A stretch of 62,525 nt of DNA, the filler included, from Choristocarpus tenellus KU-1152 (Eukaryota; Protista; Phaeophyceae): assembly GCA_964200185.2 (NCBI GenBank). It is 11 parts of 11 records of this genome, joined end to end, with 100 filler letters (N's around TTAATTAATTAA, not from the genome) between each part and the next. Parts side by side here need not be neighbours in the genome. Positions count along the whole stretch, not along the records: positions 34,342 to 42,054 come from CAXNAD020005703.1; positions 42,155 to 48,233 come from CAXNAD020008992.1; positions 48,334 to 58,474 come from CAXNAD020003128.1; 8 more parts are not named here. One strand, given 5' to 3'. Positions 36,751-49,052 of this stretch are shown in pieces. The notes below the pieces were generated by a model that was not told the origin of the DNA, did not search any database, and saw nothing but the letters and a program-made list of their open reading frames with translations. How positions within the stretch are numbered: the stretch's first letter is position 1; the number at the start of each line of letters is the position of its first letter. The position numbers were made by a program, and so were the translations under genes.

Positions 36751-39700
36751 CCAACAATCTTCACACATACATGTGGACCGGAAGCGCCATAATGCCCACT
36801 TGATTCTGCAGGTTTGCGGGAAAAGGTATATTAACCAAGTACACTAAGATACTGCAGTGAACTGCTGCCACCCACAGGGGGCACAGGCAACAAATATACT
36901 CAGGTGGGACATTGTTGCGTTTTTGCAATGGGGTTCAGGTCGAGATCGATTATGGAAACAAGCTATTGTGGCTTGGCCCTTTGCATTTCTGGGGTGCTAA
37001 GATAAGCCTGTCCCATGTCAGACTGCCTTGACCTTCAACTATTCCTGTATCGCAATCCTTTCCATATGCAATATTCCAGGTGTACGTTTCTGTAGTGTAT
37101 CCTAATGCACCTTCTTGTACGTTCCCACCCGCTCACTCCCCCCTCCACCCTCCTGCCATTCCGCTGTCACCATCATCAGCCCTGCCGGTACTGTGCAGTG
37201 TAAAGGTGGTGCAGTGTGGACAGTGGATGGCCGATGTATGTGGTGAGGGAGAAAGAGTCATCTACCATTGAGCGTGTGCACAGCCTGGAAACAGGCCATG
37301 AGTTGGCACACGGGGTGATGTGGTAGAAGAGTGTGGTTGTGCAGTGCGTACTACTCAAGAGTACATCATACATGTAGTAGAGCTGTGCCATGCGATATGT
37401 TTATGCTGTTGGGCATGTTGTGAAATGTAGAGTTGAGGCATTCATTTTGAGGTACGTCATGCAATTTGGAACATATTTATTGCTCTGTTGTGTTGTGTAC
37501 GTGCATGTATGCTGAGGTTGTAGTGCTCTGGACATCTTATTGACGTTGTGTCGATTACTCCCATACTATCACTTCTAGGTATATGTTGACTCTGCGTTAC
37601 GTTTAAGGTAGTGCCGACCTGTTGCATATTAGTGTTGGTGTCCATGCTCCTGTCCTACACTGCTGTTCGAGTCATGCTTCACACAAGATGGAAGGCTTTT
37701 CTATTTTTTGTTGTTGCCAATCGACAGTACTCACCCCCAAAACTCATCCAATCAATATGTCAAGTACCTTCATAGCGCACAATTCTACATATACCTCATT
37801 ATTGTGAGTTTTAACCATCCCAATTGTACTGATACCTATCCTATCTCAATCAACGTTCTTTCTTCGTCCCTTCAACTTCTTACTGCCTGCCTCGGTCCTA
37901 CTCCACAGTTGTGTGAGGCACTCCTCCTTCGCATGAGCCGGAATGACTCACAATCAATTCAGCAGGATAAGCGTGCGAACAGAGATGGGGGGAAATTTAT
38001 TTGGTAGAGAAAGTTGGTTTGTGTTACTACAACTAATACCATCGACCGTTTTTCCCGCATAAATGTAGTAACCATGTTTGATTGATTGCCATTTCAATCT
38101 TCTTGGCTGTGATAAGCTTTGATCTTGTCTCTCCCCCCACTATTTTCTTCTCTTCGCATAAACATTCCTACATTTGAAGTACTTTTTTAATGTCTGTTTT
38201 TGTGTCGTTCTTTTTGTTCCCTAGCCATCTTGATCGTTGTGTATTTGGACTGATAATAATTGTCATTGAAGTTGTACCAAAACCAAGAGTCTGGTTCCTC
38301 GTATTTAGAGCACTTGAATTATGAGTTTGGATACATATGCATGTATGCGTAACTTTATTGCTAAAACTTGAACATCTCTCCGAGATATTGTTATTGAAAG
38401 ACTTAGCTACTTCTTAGATTGTGCGGTATACCGTTGGAGGTGACCGAGTGGCTACAGTCTTAGCAACAGCCAGCAGCGGTAATCACATTTGCCGTAAAGT
38501 GAATATCCCCCCACATCCAACACAACAGGTGAGTCTTTCTAATCCTCTTGATACTACCTCTTTGCACTGTATGATGATATTTCATCCAGGTGGAGAATAT
38601 GGCAGGGATGGTGTTAAGTGGAGCCGTTATTTTTTCATTTAATGAACGACAAGTACATTATTATCAGAGCGAGTGATAATTGATTCAGTAGCACCCCATT
38701 CACCGCTTCCTCTTTGAACGTTCTTAGTAGATACTAGTATTTCAGAAGTGTAGCAGGTGGGCATGTCTTGGTGGCAGCCTTAGTCTCATTAGGTGCTACT
38801 ATATTTTTGCAACAATTAATTGACTAAGTTCATGCATTAAAGGGACTGTTATAATTTGTTTAAACTAGATTATTATCCTACGAGTGTTTTTTTTATTTTA
38901 CCATTTGGTCGTTTCCAATTTCATTGACAAAGCCTTAAGACCCTAACCCTTGGCTTTTCACACTGTCTTTGCTAGGCTACTGGTTTGTGTTTTCTGTCTA
39001 CTCAGGTAGAACTTGATGTTACATAACACCAGAATGCATGGCATTGCATATGTTGATGTACCCCCATAGCAACCGCCTTTATCCTCTACAAAATTGCACC
39101 TTTCACACAACCACTCCTGTCCCTGCTATAGTCATTCTTTCATCGTAAGATTTGCAATGTACCCAGGCCTTTTCACCAAAGGGCTTTAACTTACAGTGTA
39201 ACAGAGGGGGATGTGAGGGTTGTGGTGAAATGCCCTGGTGAACCAAAGTCATTGCGCTGTTCGTGTGAGGGACCATATAGTGTCCTAGAGGGGGGTGGCG
39301 TTGAGTATATTGGGCCCATCTGTGACTGCCTTCTGATACATGTACTCCTAGCACCCTGGAGGGCGATTTCATGCTTACATGGACAAGGGTTTGCCACCCC
39401 TTCTGCAGCCCCAACCTCCAGAGAGGGTTAGCTGCATTTCAGACATAGACCTGGGGACATCAGGGAGAAAGGTTTATATATATATATATATCCCTTGTAC
39501 TCTCAAAAGGCCCTAAATCCACCCCCCTCTGGGGTGCTATGACTCAACGGCAGCTGGTTGAGCTGCAGGATTAGATTGCGGGCTATTCATCAACCGGGGT
39601 GGTTACTGATCCCCTCTGCAAGGGTGTGTATTTGAAGACTTCCTCCACTTAGCAGCGATGCATGAGAATAACCTGCTTGTGGTGAGCAGTTGGTTGACCA

Positions 39701-40019
39701 ATTGCATCTTTAGGAGGAGTGGGAGTGGTATTTTTGGGCAGATGTTGCTCAATCGCTAAAGTACTAGTGGATATGGAAGTTATGGTACGTGTGTAATGTT
39801 GAGTACCTTGGCGTTTTGGTTGCTGCTGGTGCCCCATGTGTACAATAGTGTACGCAAAATAGATAGTGCACGCAAAATTGACATTCCCCCTTTCCGCAAA
39901 CAAAGGGACACTACAATTCAGCAAGAACCCTCTTCAATTATACAAAATGACATACTTTTTCCCTTTCTCAGGATCCTTAAAATGCAACCTTGCCTACCTC
40001 TCCGTTGGTTTGACTCATA

Positions 40020-40365
40020 GAGGTTGTAACTCTGTCTTCAACAAAAGAGCGAGTACATAGCCCGTAACAGTGTGGCAAAGGAATTGCTTTTCTTACTAAG
40101 TGATTTAGAGTTTGTTAAGTCACAGTTCCCTGGGTATTACATTGACATGCTCGAGGATAACAATGGTGCATGCGAGCTAGTACGCAATGCCAGTAGCTCT
40201 ACTAGAAGCAAGCACATTGATGTCTGAGACCAATTATTGAGTCACTTCTTTTAATATTTGTGTTGTTTTTGTTGGTACCGCAAACCAGAGGGCAGATGTA
40301 CTGAAATAGAACTTGCCAGTGAACGTTTTCACACAACATGTGAGGTTTATGGTGGGGAGCATGTA
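40020..40365 (+). mobile_element. Ty1/copia RNase H remnant
   Basis: VAKELLFLLSDLEFV..IDMLEDNNGACELVRNASSSTRSKHIDV* contains the copia RNase H motifs EDN.GA and R.KHIDV. Confidence 0.8.
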
Positions 40366-40836
40366 GAAGTATAACATGCTAGTAAACTATTTCTTCAGGT
40401 TATTGACTTCATGGTTTTTCAGGAAGAAAAGGATGTCGCAGTAGTCTGTAATCCAGAGTCTTTTCAATCTATCTTTTAAGAGTTGCATGGAGGTCCAATG
40501 TTGTGATGAATGTCTTTCTTCTATATCAATTTGTGTATCAGTCCCACAATACATACGTACAAAATGGGGACAAGAACACTAAGGCGGAAAATGAGGTATC
40601 CAGAGGATTTCGGTGAAGAAACTAGAAAGACTTTAGAAATATGGGAATATTGGAAAAGCAGCAAGAGGCGTTTGTCGATAGCCTTGGCTGAGTCTTAGAA
40701 TAGATCTCGTCGTTTGTAGTAGTGAGAGTGCTGACGTATACATACACATTCAACATACGCATGCACACACGAATCTATGTATGTATGCAAACATTATATC
40801 ATGGACGAAATTTCTGCCCCGCAATACCCAACATAC

Positions 40837-40930
40837 CTGCAACGCCTGACCACCAAGTGCAGAAACCTCTTCAAGGTGGAGGTTAACAACCAAGCTCTTC
40901 TCCACCAGCATAGCTTCCAGCACAGGCACA
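40837..40930 (-). CDS. Isolated candidate exon, unknown protein
   Basis: ccttttgtag|T GTG...CAG|gtatgt with open frame VPVLEAMLVEKSLVVNLHLEEVSALGGQALQ; no partner exon confidently found. Confidence 0.35.
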
Positions 40931-41905
40931 CTACAAAAGGAGCATCAGAGATCCAAATACCTATTCATGTTGTGATCTCTAGCTCTACTAGGGTGTCAAT
41001 GATGATGACTACGGTCACTATTATGATCTCCTCAGTCTGAAGGATCCCAGCCCTATGGTCGAAAAGGTAGCCCAAGTAAGGCTATACACACTTCATTACA
41101 AGAAAAGACAACAAGGATACACGTGTGATGATATTGAAAATTTACACTTGTACAGAGGGATGATGGTGGGCTTGCATCTGTGAATCTTACACTCTATTTC
41201 CAAGCAAAGACTTAAAAGATTGAAACCCTCGCGTAGAACGCTTTGAGAAAAATAGAAATAAGTGTGTCCACGTCTGTTCTTGCACCACGACACTACTGTG
41301 TGCCCAACACAATACTGCCAATCGCAACATGGATGCTCTCTAACAGCAATATATATATCACAGCAGAAAAGGTACAGGTAGATAATTCCAGTAGTACATA
41401 CACAGCATAAAACGATATAGGAAGATGATGAGGGGAATTTGAGAACGCACTGTTTCTTGTCTGTTTATATGTTGCACATCTTGTTATAAGGGGGGGAAAG
41501 AAGCATTATTCAGAAGAATCCAACTGTTGTAGCACATACCAATAACGTTGTGTCAGGCAGCACACACAGACATACACACACACGCACAGATATGTGTGTG
41601 TGTGTGTATGTGTGTGTGTGTATCCAACCATACCCCTAACCCTAATTGGGTGAATGAAATCAATTATTACTTTTCTTTCTTACTGAACGTAGATATTTAT
41701 GTCAAGGGATACCAGTTCTCTCTGCGTTGAGGAGAAGGGAAGCAATCATAGACTATTCTACAGCAGATATTCTTGTATGCAATAATATTTTTCATTTAAT
41801 ATCCATCACGTAACTAGTCTGAGGGGTCTCAAACAAGTCGTCAAAAAGATAAAGAAGCAACAACACAGTTACTTGAAATATAGCAAAAATAAAGAAACAT
41901 CAAAT

Positions 41906-42054
41906 GGCCCAAAGTATCTGGGGGGGGGGGGGAATTACACCAAGGTGTCCATTTGGACCAAAATCAGGAAACGTGCATTTACATTATCTATCCGACGTAT
42001 GCAACCAAATCATCCAAAAATCGCGACATGAAAAAATTGACCCCAAATGGACAG
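41906..42054. mobile_element. MITE family A, truncated by spacer
   Basis: ggcccaaagtatctgggg...caaaaatcgcgacatgaaaaaa...ccccaaatggacag aligns to 2146-2292. Confidence 0.88.
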
Positions 42055-42184
42055 NNNNNNNNNNNNNNNNNNNNNNNNNNNNNNNNNNNNNNNNNNNNTT
42101 AATTAATTAANNNNNNNNNNNNNNNNNNNNNNNNNNNNNNNNNNNNNNNNNNNNCCCCCCCAACGCACACCATATATTTTTTAG

Positions 42185-44266
42185 GGATGATTGATTTCTC
42201 GGAAGGCTCTGGCTCTGTAGGTAATCAAGAGCTGGATATAACCAGTGCCATGATCAATCTCGCCACCACCTTCTTGTACATGACCAACTACTACATTGTT
42301 GGCCCCACATCGACTGAGGTATGCCCTACTACCTGCTGGCCTGGTAGACATATCCTTTTCCAGTCAGTGGTTACTCTCTTCCCCCCCTGTTGTGAAGGAG
42401 GTCACCTCTACTTAACCCAAGTTAAGATGGAAGGGTTATTCTCTCCTACGAGCCGATAGCCGATCAATGCCAGAACGTCGACAAACAATACTTTTTATCC
42501 TTTTTATTATTTTTTAGTTTTTTTTCCTTAGTTTATTTTTTTCTTAAATAGAATCGGAGTAGATACGAGATGTATTCCAAAGTAGACTTTGAGATGCGTG
42601 CTGCGATGACGACGACAGCAAACGATATTATAGTAGCTAGGTATGAAACATAGCATTTTGTCTACTGTTACACAATCCAGATCACCAATTAGGGACGCAG
42701 CAATATAGGTCGAGATCAGTTACAAGAAAGCGCAAAGAAAACCTCTGAGTTGGGCGGGTAGGGCTTGGGAGGGTGCTGACCAATGACAAGGATAATTAGA
42801 GTCATTGAAATTGAGCAAGATGTGTGGTATCCTTTCTTGAGGGAGGTGCTTGGCAACTGTCTGACACCGAATCACCTGTGCACAAGCCATGTGCCAATCA
42901 CGTTTCTTGACTTTAAATGTGGATCAATTTATTAAGGCAGGTTGTTGAGGCTCAAAAGATAATTTTGCCGGGCTTTTTAAGGTCTAACTAACTCTTCCTA
43001 ATCCAAGGTTGCGGACCACCAAGTCTGACGCAAGTAGTACAGGGTTCCACAATAGAGAGATAACACATTGAGGTATGGCAGTCTTAGAGCGCATTTGATG
43101 TGTTGATTACCTCCAGGACCACTTTAATAGGTTCTACACTGTTGACCAATTCTACTTGGGCATTCAGCTCGATCAATGAAACTCTTGCGATGCTCCCCTA
43201 CGACCTAACTTTTTTTTCCCATTCTTGTTTTTCATTCTCATTCACCTATTTCGACTACTGCTGCTCTATCCGAACCCTGCTCTCCACCTTTTGGGAACTG
43301 GACATGCTCACCGTGATCTGCATGCACACACGTCAGTACGCTGCTGCACTGGGAGGGTCGCCAGCTATCTCAGGGATGATCATTGGCATGACGACGATTG
43401 CAGCCTGCTTCAGTGCCCTTCTCTACTCCTGGTGAGGAGTTCACCTTGACCCTGAACCTTGTACCAGTACCAGAAGGGTGTCGTACTTTGTTGTTTGGGG
43501 TCACAGACATACATACGCATTTAAGGTGCAAGTTTTGAGTGTTTTTATTTGGGTTTCTGTTGGAGAGAAATATTTAGTCATTATTTTTATTGTGGCACTG
43601 GGTTTGTATTGTTGCTGTGGCCAAGGTTGTACTGCTACACACACACCAGAACCTTTGCTGTAGTCTCCTCCATCTCTTCTATTGCTGTGTCTCCCGCTGC
43701 AGATCTTACCTGCCTTGAACAATTTTTTTGGGGCTCCCTTCAGCAATTAATTTCTTTTGACGCTCGTGAGAAGACTCCTGTAGAGGTCCAACCAGGTGCT
43801 CTTCTTTCTAAGAACAACACTTTCCAGTTGTGTATGAGGGGAGATTTCAAGAATTGTACCTTTTTTGGAATGGACCATGTTGACGGTTTCAACGAGGCGA
43901 TTTCAAATCTGTTTTATTTAGTATAGATTCTGAGAAAATTGAACACTATGGTATGATTGTCCTCAATCCTCTTGGGATGATATCATGTTGATACAATCTG
44001 ACGGTATACTCACCCTAGATTATGTCACGCACAGATGGGAAATGATCTGAGCCTTTTAATGACATTCTGTTCGATGAGTATATAGCTTCAATCTCCAGGT
44101 ATAAATTAATGCATGGACATATTGTTGCGCCAACTCACAAAAACATGTTCTGAATGGTGTTAAGCAGTAAACACGTTTGTCTTGCGTTGCATACTTCGTT
44201 ACGATATATTTCATCAACCAACACCACACTTTCTTCCCTTTTTCTTTCTCCTTGTACTTCTGTGCT

Positions 44267-44305
<39 letters not shown>

Positions 44306-47300
44306 CAACCACTACTATTTTTTCCTTTTTTTTTTTTTTTNNNNNNNNNNTTTTTCACCCCCCCCCCCCCCCTTTCTCCCCTTTTTCCTTTCCCCTTTTT
44401 TTTTTTTTTTCCCCCCCCCCCCCCTTCCCCCCTTCCCCCATAAAAAATGAACTCTCTGTTGTTACCATTTTTTTCCTCTTTTTTTATCTTTGTATCCTCA
44501 CTGTGCAATTGATGTTTGGTGGTATCAGGTGGACGAACAACTCCTACAGAGCGCCGCTTCTCACATGCAGTATGCTTCTCATGGTGGGAAACTTGTTCTA
44601 TGGCCTGGTGAGTGGTGCAGGCTGCTTTTTGCCTTACTCCTAAACTTATTTCATGTTTCAAGAGAGTTTTGTAACTCTGCATACACTCCTTGTAGAGTGA
44701 ACGTCTTGCTCAGGCAATTAATGTAAGGTCTGATCTCCCCCCTCTTAACCTCTGCTCCCTTGAAAATCACCACCCTTCACATCTCTGCACTATCACGTCT
44801 TACAGAATGTCAAGGTTAAGGCATTTCTCTGATTCAATTTTTCCGTTTTGTTTGTTGTTATTGTTGTTGATAAGATGTATTTGAGCCTTGTTTTCGAGTG
44901 TATCTGAGAAGGTTTGTAATGTTGCCAGCCTGGTTTCATAGAAGTCAGTGGGGGATAGAGTCTTCTTGGTGACAGGGAAAGTCAGTTGTTGAAGAGGTTG
45001 CCAAATTATTTGGAAGTGGATCGGCCGTTCATTTGAAAAATGATCGTGCCAGTGTCAATACCACACTAAATATAGTCAGAAAAATCTCGACTGTGTTTTG
45101 CAAGAGCCTGAAGACATACCCTGAGCATAAGTCTACATTCTTCCAGAGAAGTTCGATTTTCTTTGAAGTGGTAGTAGCATCATATCGGATATATTTGGAA
45201 TTCGGAATGTCTTGTAGACATCATTATCTTTACAATGTACCCACAGTTGATCTCCAACTTTTTGGGTAAGGTCATGTACATATTCAGTGTGTTGAAGGAC
45301 CGATTTGACCGAAACTTATCCAGTGATACACTGTATATTTTGCAATGTAACTCTTGAACGGAGATGGATTAGACCTGGGGAAGATGCAATAAGATACTGA
45401 CCTAAACTACTTTCATTACCATGCCACTATCTGAAGTACCCAGTGTTTTTTATTTTACCTCTAAATCAAGTGTATATAAGGAGTAACTAAAGAATCGAAG
45501 TTGATACATTAATTGGATCTCCAAGATGGGCAACAAGTATGATTGGAGGGAGCTAAGGTTTATACAATCATTTTACATCACTTGTTAAGATCCTGCACCT
45601 TTTCACTCAATATTTAACTTCTCAACCTTTGGGCGCAACCACCACATTGGGTTCTATTGTTTTTTACATACAGAAGAGTTGTTAGAGCACTATGAATAGT
45701 ATCTTGAAAGCTACATGCTCGTATAAGTTACCAAACATAAATGGCTTCTTTTATATATGATATCTGATTTTTGAGCAAAGCAGGGTTTTTTTATACCTCT
45801 TTATACCTTTTTATACCACTTTGGAAACGACAATTTTGCTCATGTTCACCAACCCTGACTCCCCCCTCCTCCCTCCTCCCCTACCCCCCTCTCCATGTAT
45901 CTTGCAATCCTCCATCCCCATTGCTAACTCTCACAAGGCTTTGACTTACGATGCATTGTGGATGATTCTGATGGGCCGCAGTCTCATAGGGCTGGGGGGA
46001 GCTCGTGGTATCAATCGACGCTACATTGCAGACACCATTCCCATTGAGTCTAGGTCGGTTTCTACATCGGGGCAGGTGGCAGGGGAGGTAGGGAGGTGGA
46101 GAGCACTAGCAGCAGGGCGAATTATATCACATCACACTCGTTTTTTCTCTCCTACCTTGCTCGCTGTCATCTCCATTGCCTTTAACAGGACAGCTTACTC
46201 TGCTTCGTTTGTGGCGGCGGGTGCAATGGGGATGTCATTTGGCCCCTTCACAGCTGCCGTTGTCAACGTGGTCAGTTTCAAGGTAGGACGCATTTTCTTT
46301 AATGGCCTGACCCTACCTGGATGGATTATGTCTATCTGCTGGTTCATCCTTGAGGTGATCACTGTGACTACCTTCAAGGTGAATTTTCCTTGAGCCCCTG
46401 CACACGGTACAGAAGATATTTCCACTTTCCGTTCCCCCTTCATTCTATTGTGATTCTACTGTTCCTGTGCTCTTTATATTTGACCATGGTTCGGTGAGTG
46501 TGTACAGGGCATACAGTCACGTGTCCCCTGCTGCTGCTCTCCTTCCTCCACTGTCCTGTACATACCTCAGGAACCCCCACATTCCTTGATGCATCACCAT
46601 GTTGCAGAAGGAAATGATTCAGATGATGACACAGGAGCTGTGGCTCTGGTAGCAGCAGAAACAGAGGCAGCTAGCTCTGCAGTCAGAAGCAAGCTGACTG
46701 GTCTAACAGAGCTGCAGTATGGATCAATATGCAACAATATCAATATTTTCACACCATCGATCACTGCTGCCGCAATTGGCACTAATGGAAAGTTACAGGA
46801 GCAACAAAGGCTGCTGTCAGATGGAGAGGGAAAGAGGGATGATATTGAGGATGCGGAGGAAGGAGAGGGTGGTCATGGTCGTGGGAGAACCTTCGTTCTG
46901 ACATCCCCGCTGGCGATTTGCCTCTTTGGGTATTTTTTGAACAAGCTTGTTACTGAGGTTCGTGGTGTGTTTGTCAGTTGAGTGCTAAGAGTACTATTTT
47001 CTCTGGAGTAAGAGCATTTTTATATCCCCTTGATTTTGTATCTCAAATCTGTTGGGCACTACATGTTGATCTTGCAGAGTGTTCATTGTTGGTCATAGTT
47101 TTGCAAGTTTTGATCGCTCTCTCCACCTGGGCCATTTGCTATAGAGCACAACATGTGAGGTGTTCTTTGCTTGTGTTACTGCGCCGAGACACTCGGGTTG
47201 TTGCAGATTTAGGTATATTCTAGATAGGGTCATTGCCTCCAATTGGTGTGTGATTTAATATGAAGCAAGCGATTGATGTCGTGTTTTGGGTAGTGTGTGA

Positions 47301-47985
47301 ATCCTATTGTGCATGAATGAGGAGTGTGACTGTTATCTTGACTCTTGATACCCATTGGGTGCAAGGGTCAATGAGCAAGGTAGCGCGAAATGTGGCAAGG
47401 GGTAAGGGCTGAGACACGTACCTATTCTAGGTTGTACTGTAAAATGCCTTTGGGTGTGTGCTCTCCGTGCCTGTTGATAGCTGTGATATTTTGAACATCT
47501 TACCTCTGTCTTGATGGCTAGAAGCATCTTCTGGTTGCTTCCTTACTCCTTCTGTCTTACTCCACATATTATCCTGCCGCCTCTATGCAACTCATCCTCC
47601 AACTGGTATCTCTTGCTTTCTGTTCTTGACGTCAGTAGCCCTCCCTCAGTCCCCACATCTGCAATAATAGCTCCATATCACCTACACAGACAATACACCT
47701 GTAGTAACGGGGTGTTGATGAATTTCACTGCAGACCAGACAAAAGAGTAGGACGAAAGTGTTTTTAAACATCCCTTCTCACACACTGGCACACCTTCCTC
47801 CTGTGTGAATTTCATTGGTTGCCCATTAACACTCTCAAGGCTGCGATCTCATCTGCCCCGGTTCTGACACAGTTCATGTTTAACTGGTCCGTTTGGGAAG
47901 TGGGAACGCTCATGACTGTTCTTGGATTCATGACACTCCTTGTGGACATTGTGGTCGGACGTTTGAGCTTGTACTATGAGGACAG
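42185..47985 (+). CDS. SPX-MFS / PHT5-type (vacuolar phosphate) major facilitator transporter, 7 exons, partial
   Basis: Phase-consistent exons 42185-42318, 43337-43431, 44529-44607, 45938-46053, 46189-46378, 46571-46957 and 47840-47985. Peptides INLATTFLYMTNYYIVGPT, WTNNSYRAPL, GRSLIGLGGARGINRRYIAD, SASFVAAGAMGMSFGP, LTLPGWIM and YEDR match the plant SPX-MFS MFS domain (LNL.NTFLYM.NTYI..PT; GLGSARAVNRRYISD). The SPX domain itself is not in this contig. Confidence 0.9.
43640..43920 (-). mobile_element. Possible copia RT relic in an intron
   Basis: ERQKKLIAEGSP resembles RYKARLVAKG; very decayed. Confidence 0.3.
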
Positions 47986-48333
47986 GTGAGGACTGAGAGA
48001 CAGGTTGTTGTGCTCGATGTGAGGGTTGACCCAAAGAGACTAGGGGGTATGTACGAGCATGCATACATGTGTTTGTGTGTATGTGTGTCTTTGTATCACC
48101 AACAATAGGTGATCTAAAGTGTGTTTGTTGCTCACACCATTTTTTTGTGTGCAATACATATGTTACAGGCGCCCCTCAATGCTCACCTTCCAGGATGTAC
48201 AACTCAAATCCAACGACCTTAAAACGATGCTATNNNNNNNNNNNNNNNNNNNNNNNNNNNNNNNNNNNNNNNNNNNNTTAATTAATTAANNNNNNNNNNN
48301 NNNNNNNNNNNNNNNNNNNNNNNNNNNNNNNNN

Positions 48334-48907
48334 CATGCAGCAAGGCTGAAGAGATAGTTGATATTATATCATCCATAAATGATTTTTTTGTAATATTTCC
48401 TTCACTCTATCCCCTGCCTGACAACCCCCCTCAAATACTAGACCTCTGACATCAAATTTTGAAACCGAAGTAAGTTTTCCAACCTAAAGATTAGCAGTGC
48501 CTCTGAGGATGGGAAAGAGTGTATATGCGTATACCATAGCAGGTATGGCGAGTCTAATCTAGGAGCTCAGAGGGTAAACCTAAACTTCACGTTCTCTTAA
48601 TCGGCTCATATGTGTCACGTGTCGACCAAGTGTTTTATGTTGCAGAACATCTACCAAATGTGTCAGAAATACCATAAACCATGGAAAGTGCAACATTAAA
48701 CTCATGATCATATACTCGCAGAATAGCATGCATGAGGTATGGATACTTGTGGATACATACTAACTAAAGAATCATTACTAGTGGACAGACCAACGGTCGA
48801 TACTAGTTGACGAGTGAAAGTATCTTAGAGGGCACGAGTTTTGCCCTGTTTGTCTGTTTGGGGCTTGACTTCTCACGGGTTTTTATTACATTTTCCTACT
48901 CTGAAAC
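48334..48907 (+). repeat. Direct repeat copy 1 (574 bp) of the contig-terminal duplication
   Basis: Near-identical to 57902-58474, with about 7 differences seen by eye. Confidence 0.95.
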
Positions 48908-49052
48908 ACGCTTTGGAGTAGGTAAAATGTATAGATTATGAAAAGGTGTGTCCGGAACAAGGATATTGACATTGGATAGCCAGAATTACACCAAAATCGC
49001 AACATTAGATTTTGGCCCCCAAACGGACACAATCTACCCTCTAAGATAATTT
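48812..49052. mobile_element. MITE family B
   Basis: gagtgaaagtatcttagagggcacgagttttgccctg...ctaccctctaagataattt; has an internal deletion relative to other copies. Confidence 0.88.

Noticed and set aside
38418-38528. Candidate plus-strand exon with a strong CAG|GTGAGT donor
   Set aside because: No recognisable homology and no consistent neighbouring exons, so it cannot be supported.
44056-44682. Poly-Pro/Gly/Phe/Lys ORFs
   Set aside because: They come from low-quality homopolymer runs around a 10-N gap inside a transporter intron; only 44529-44607 is coding.
44860-45330. Possible LINE RT relic in the transporter intron
   Set aside because: Only one weak QG-like motif is discernible, which is too decayed to call.
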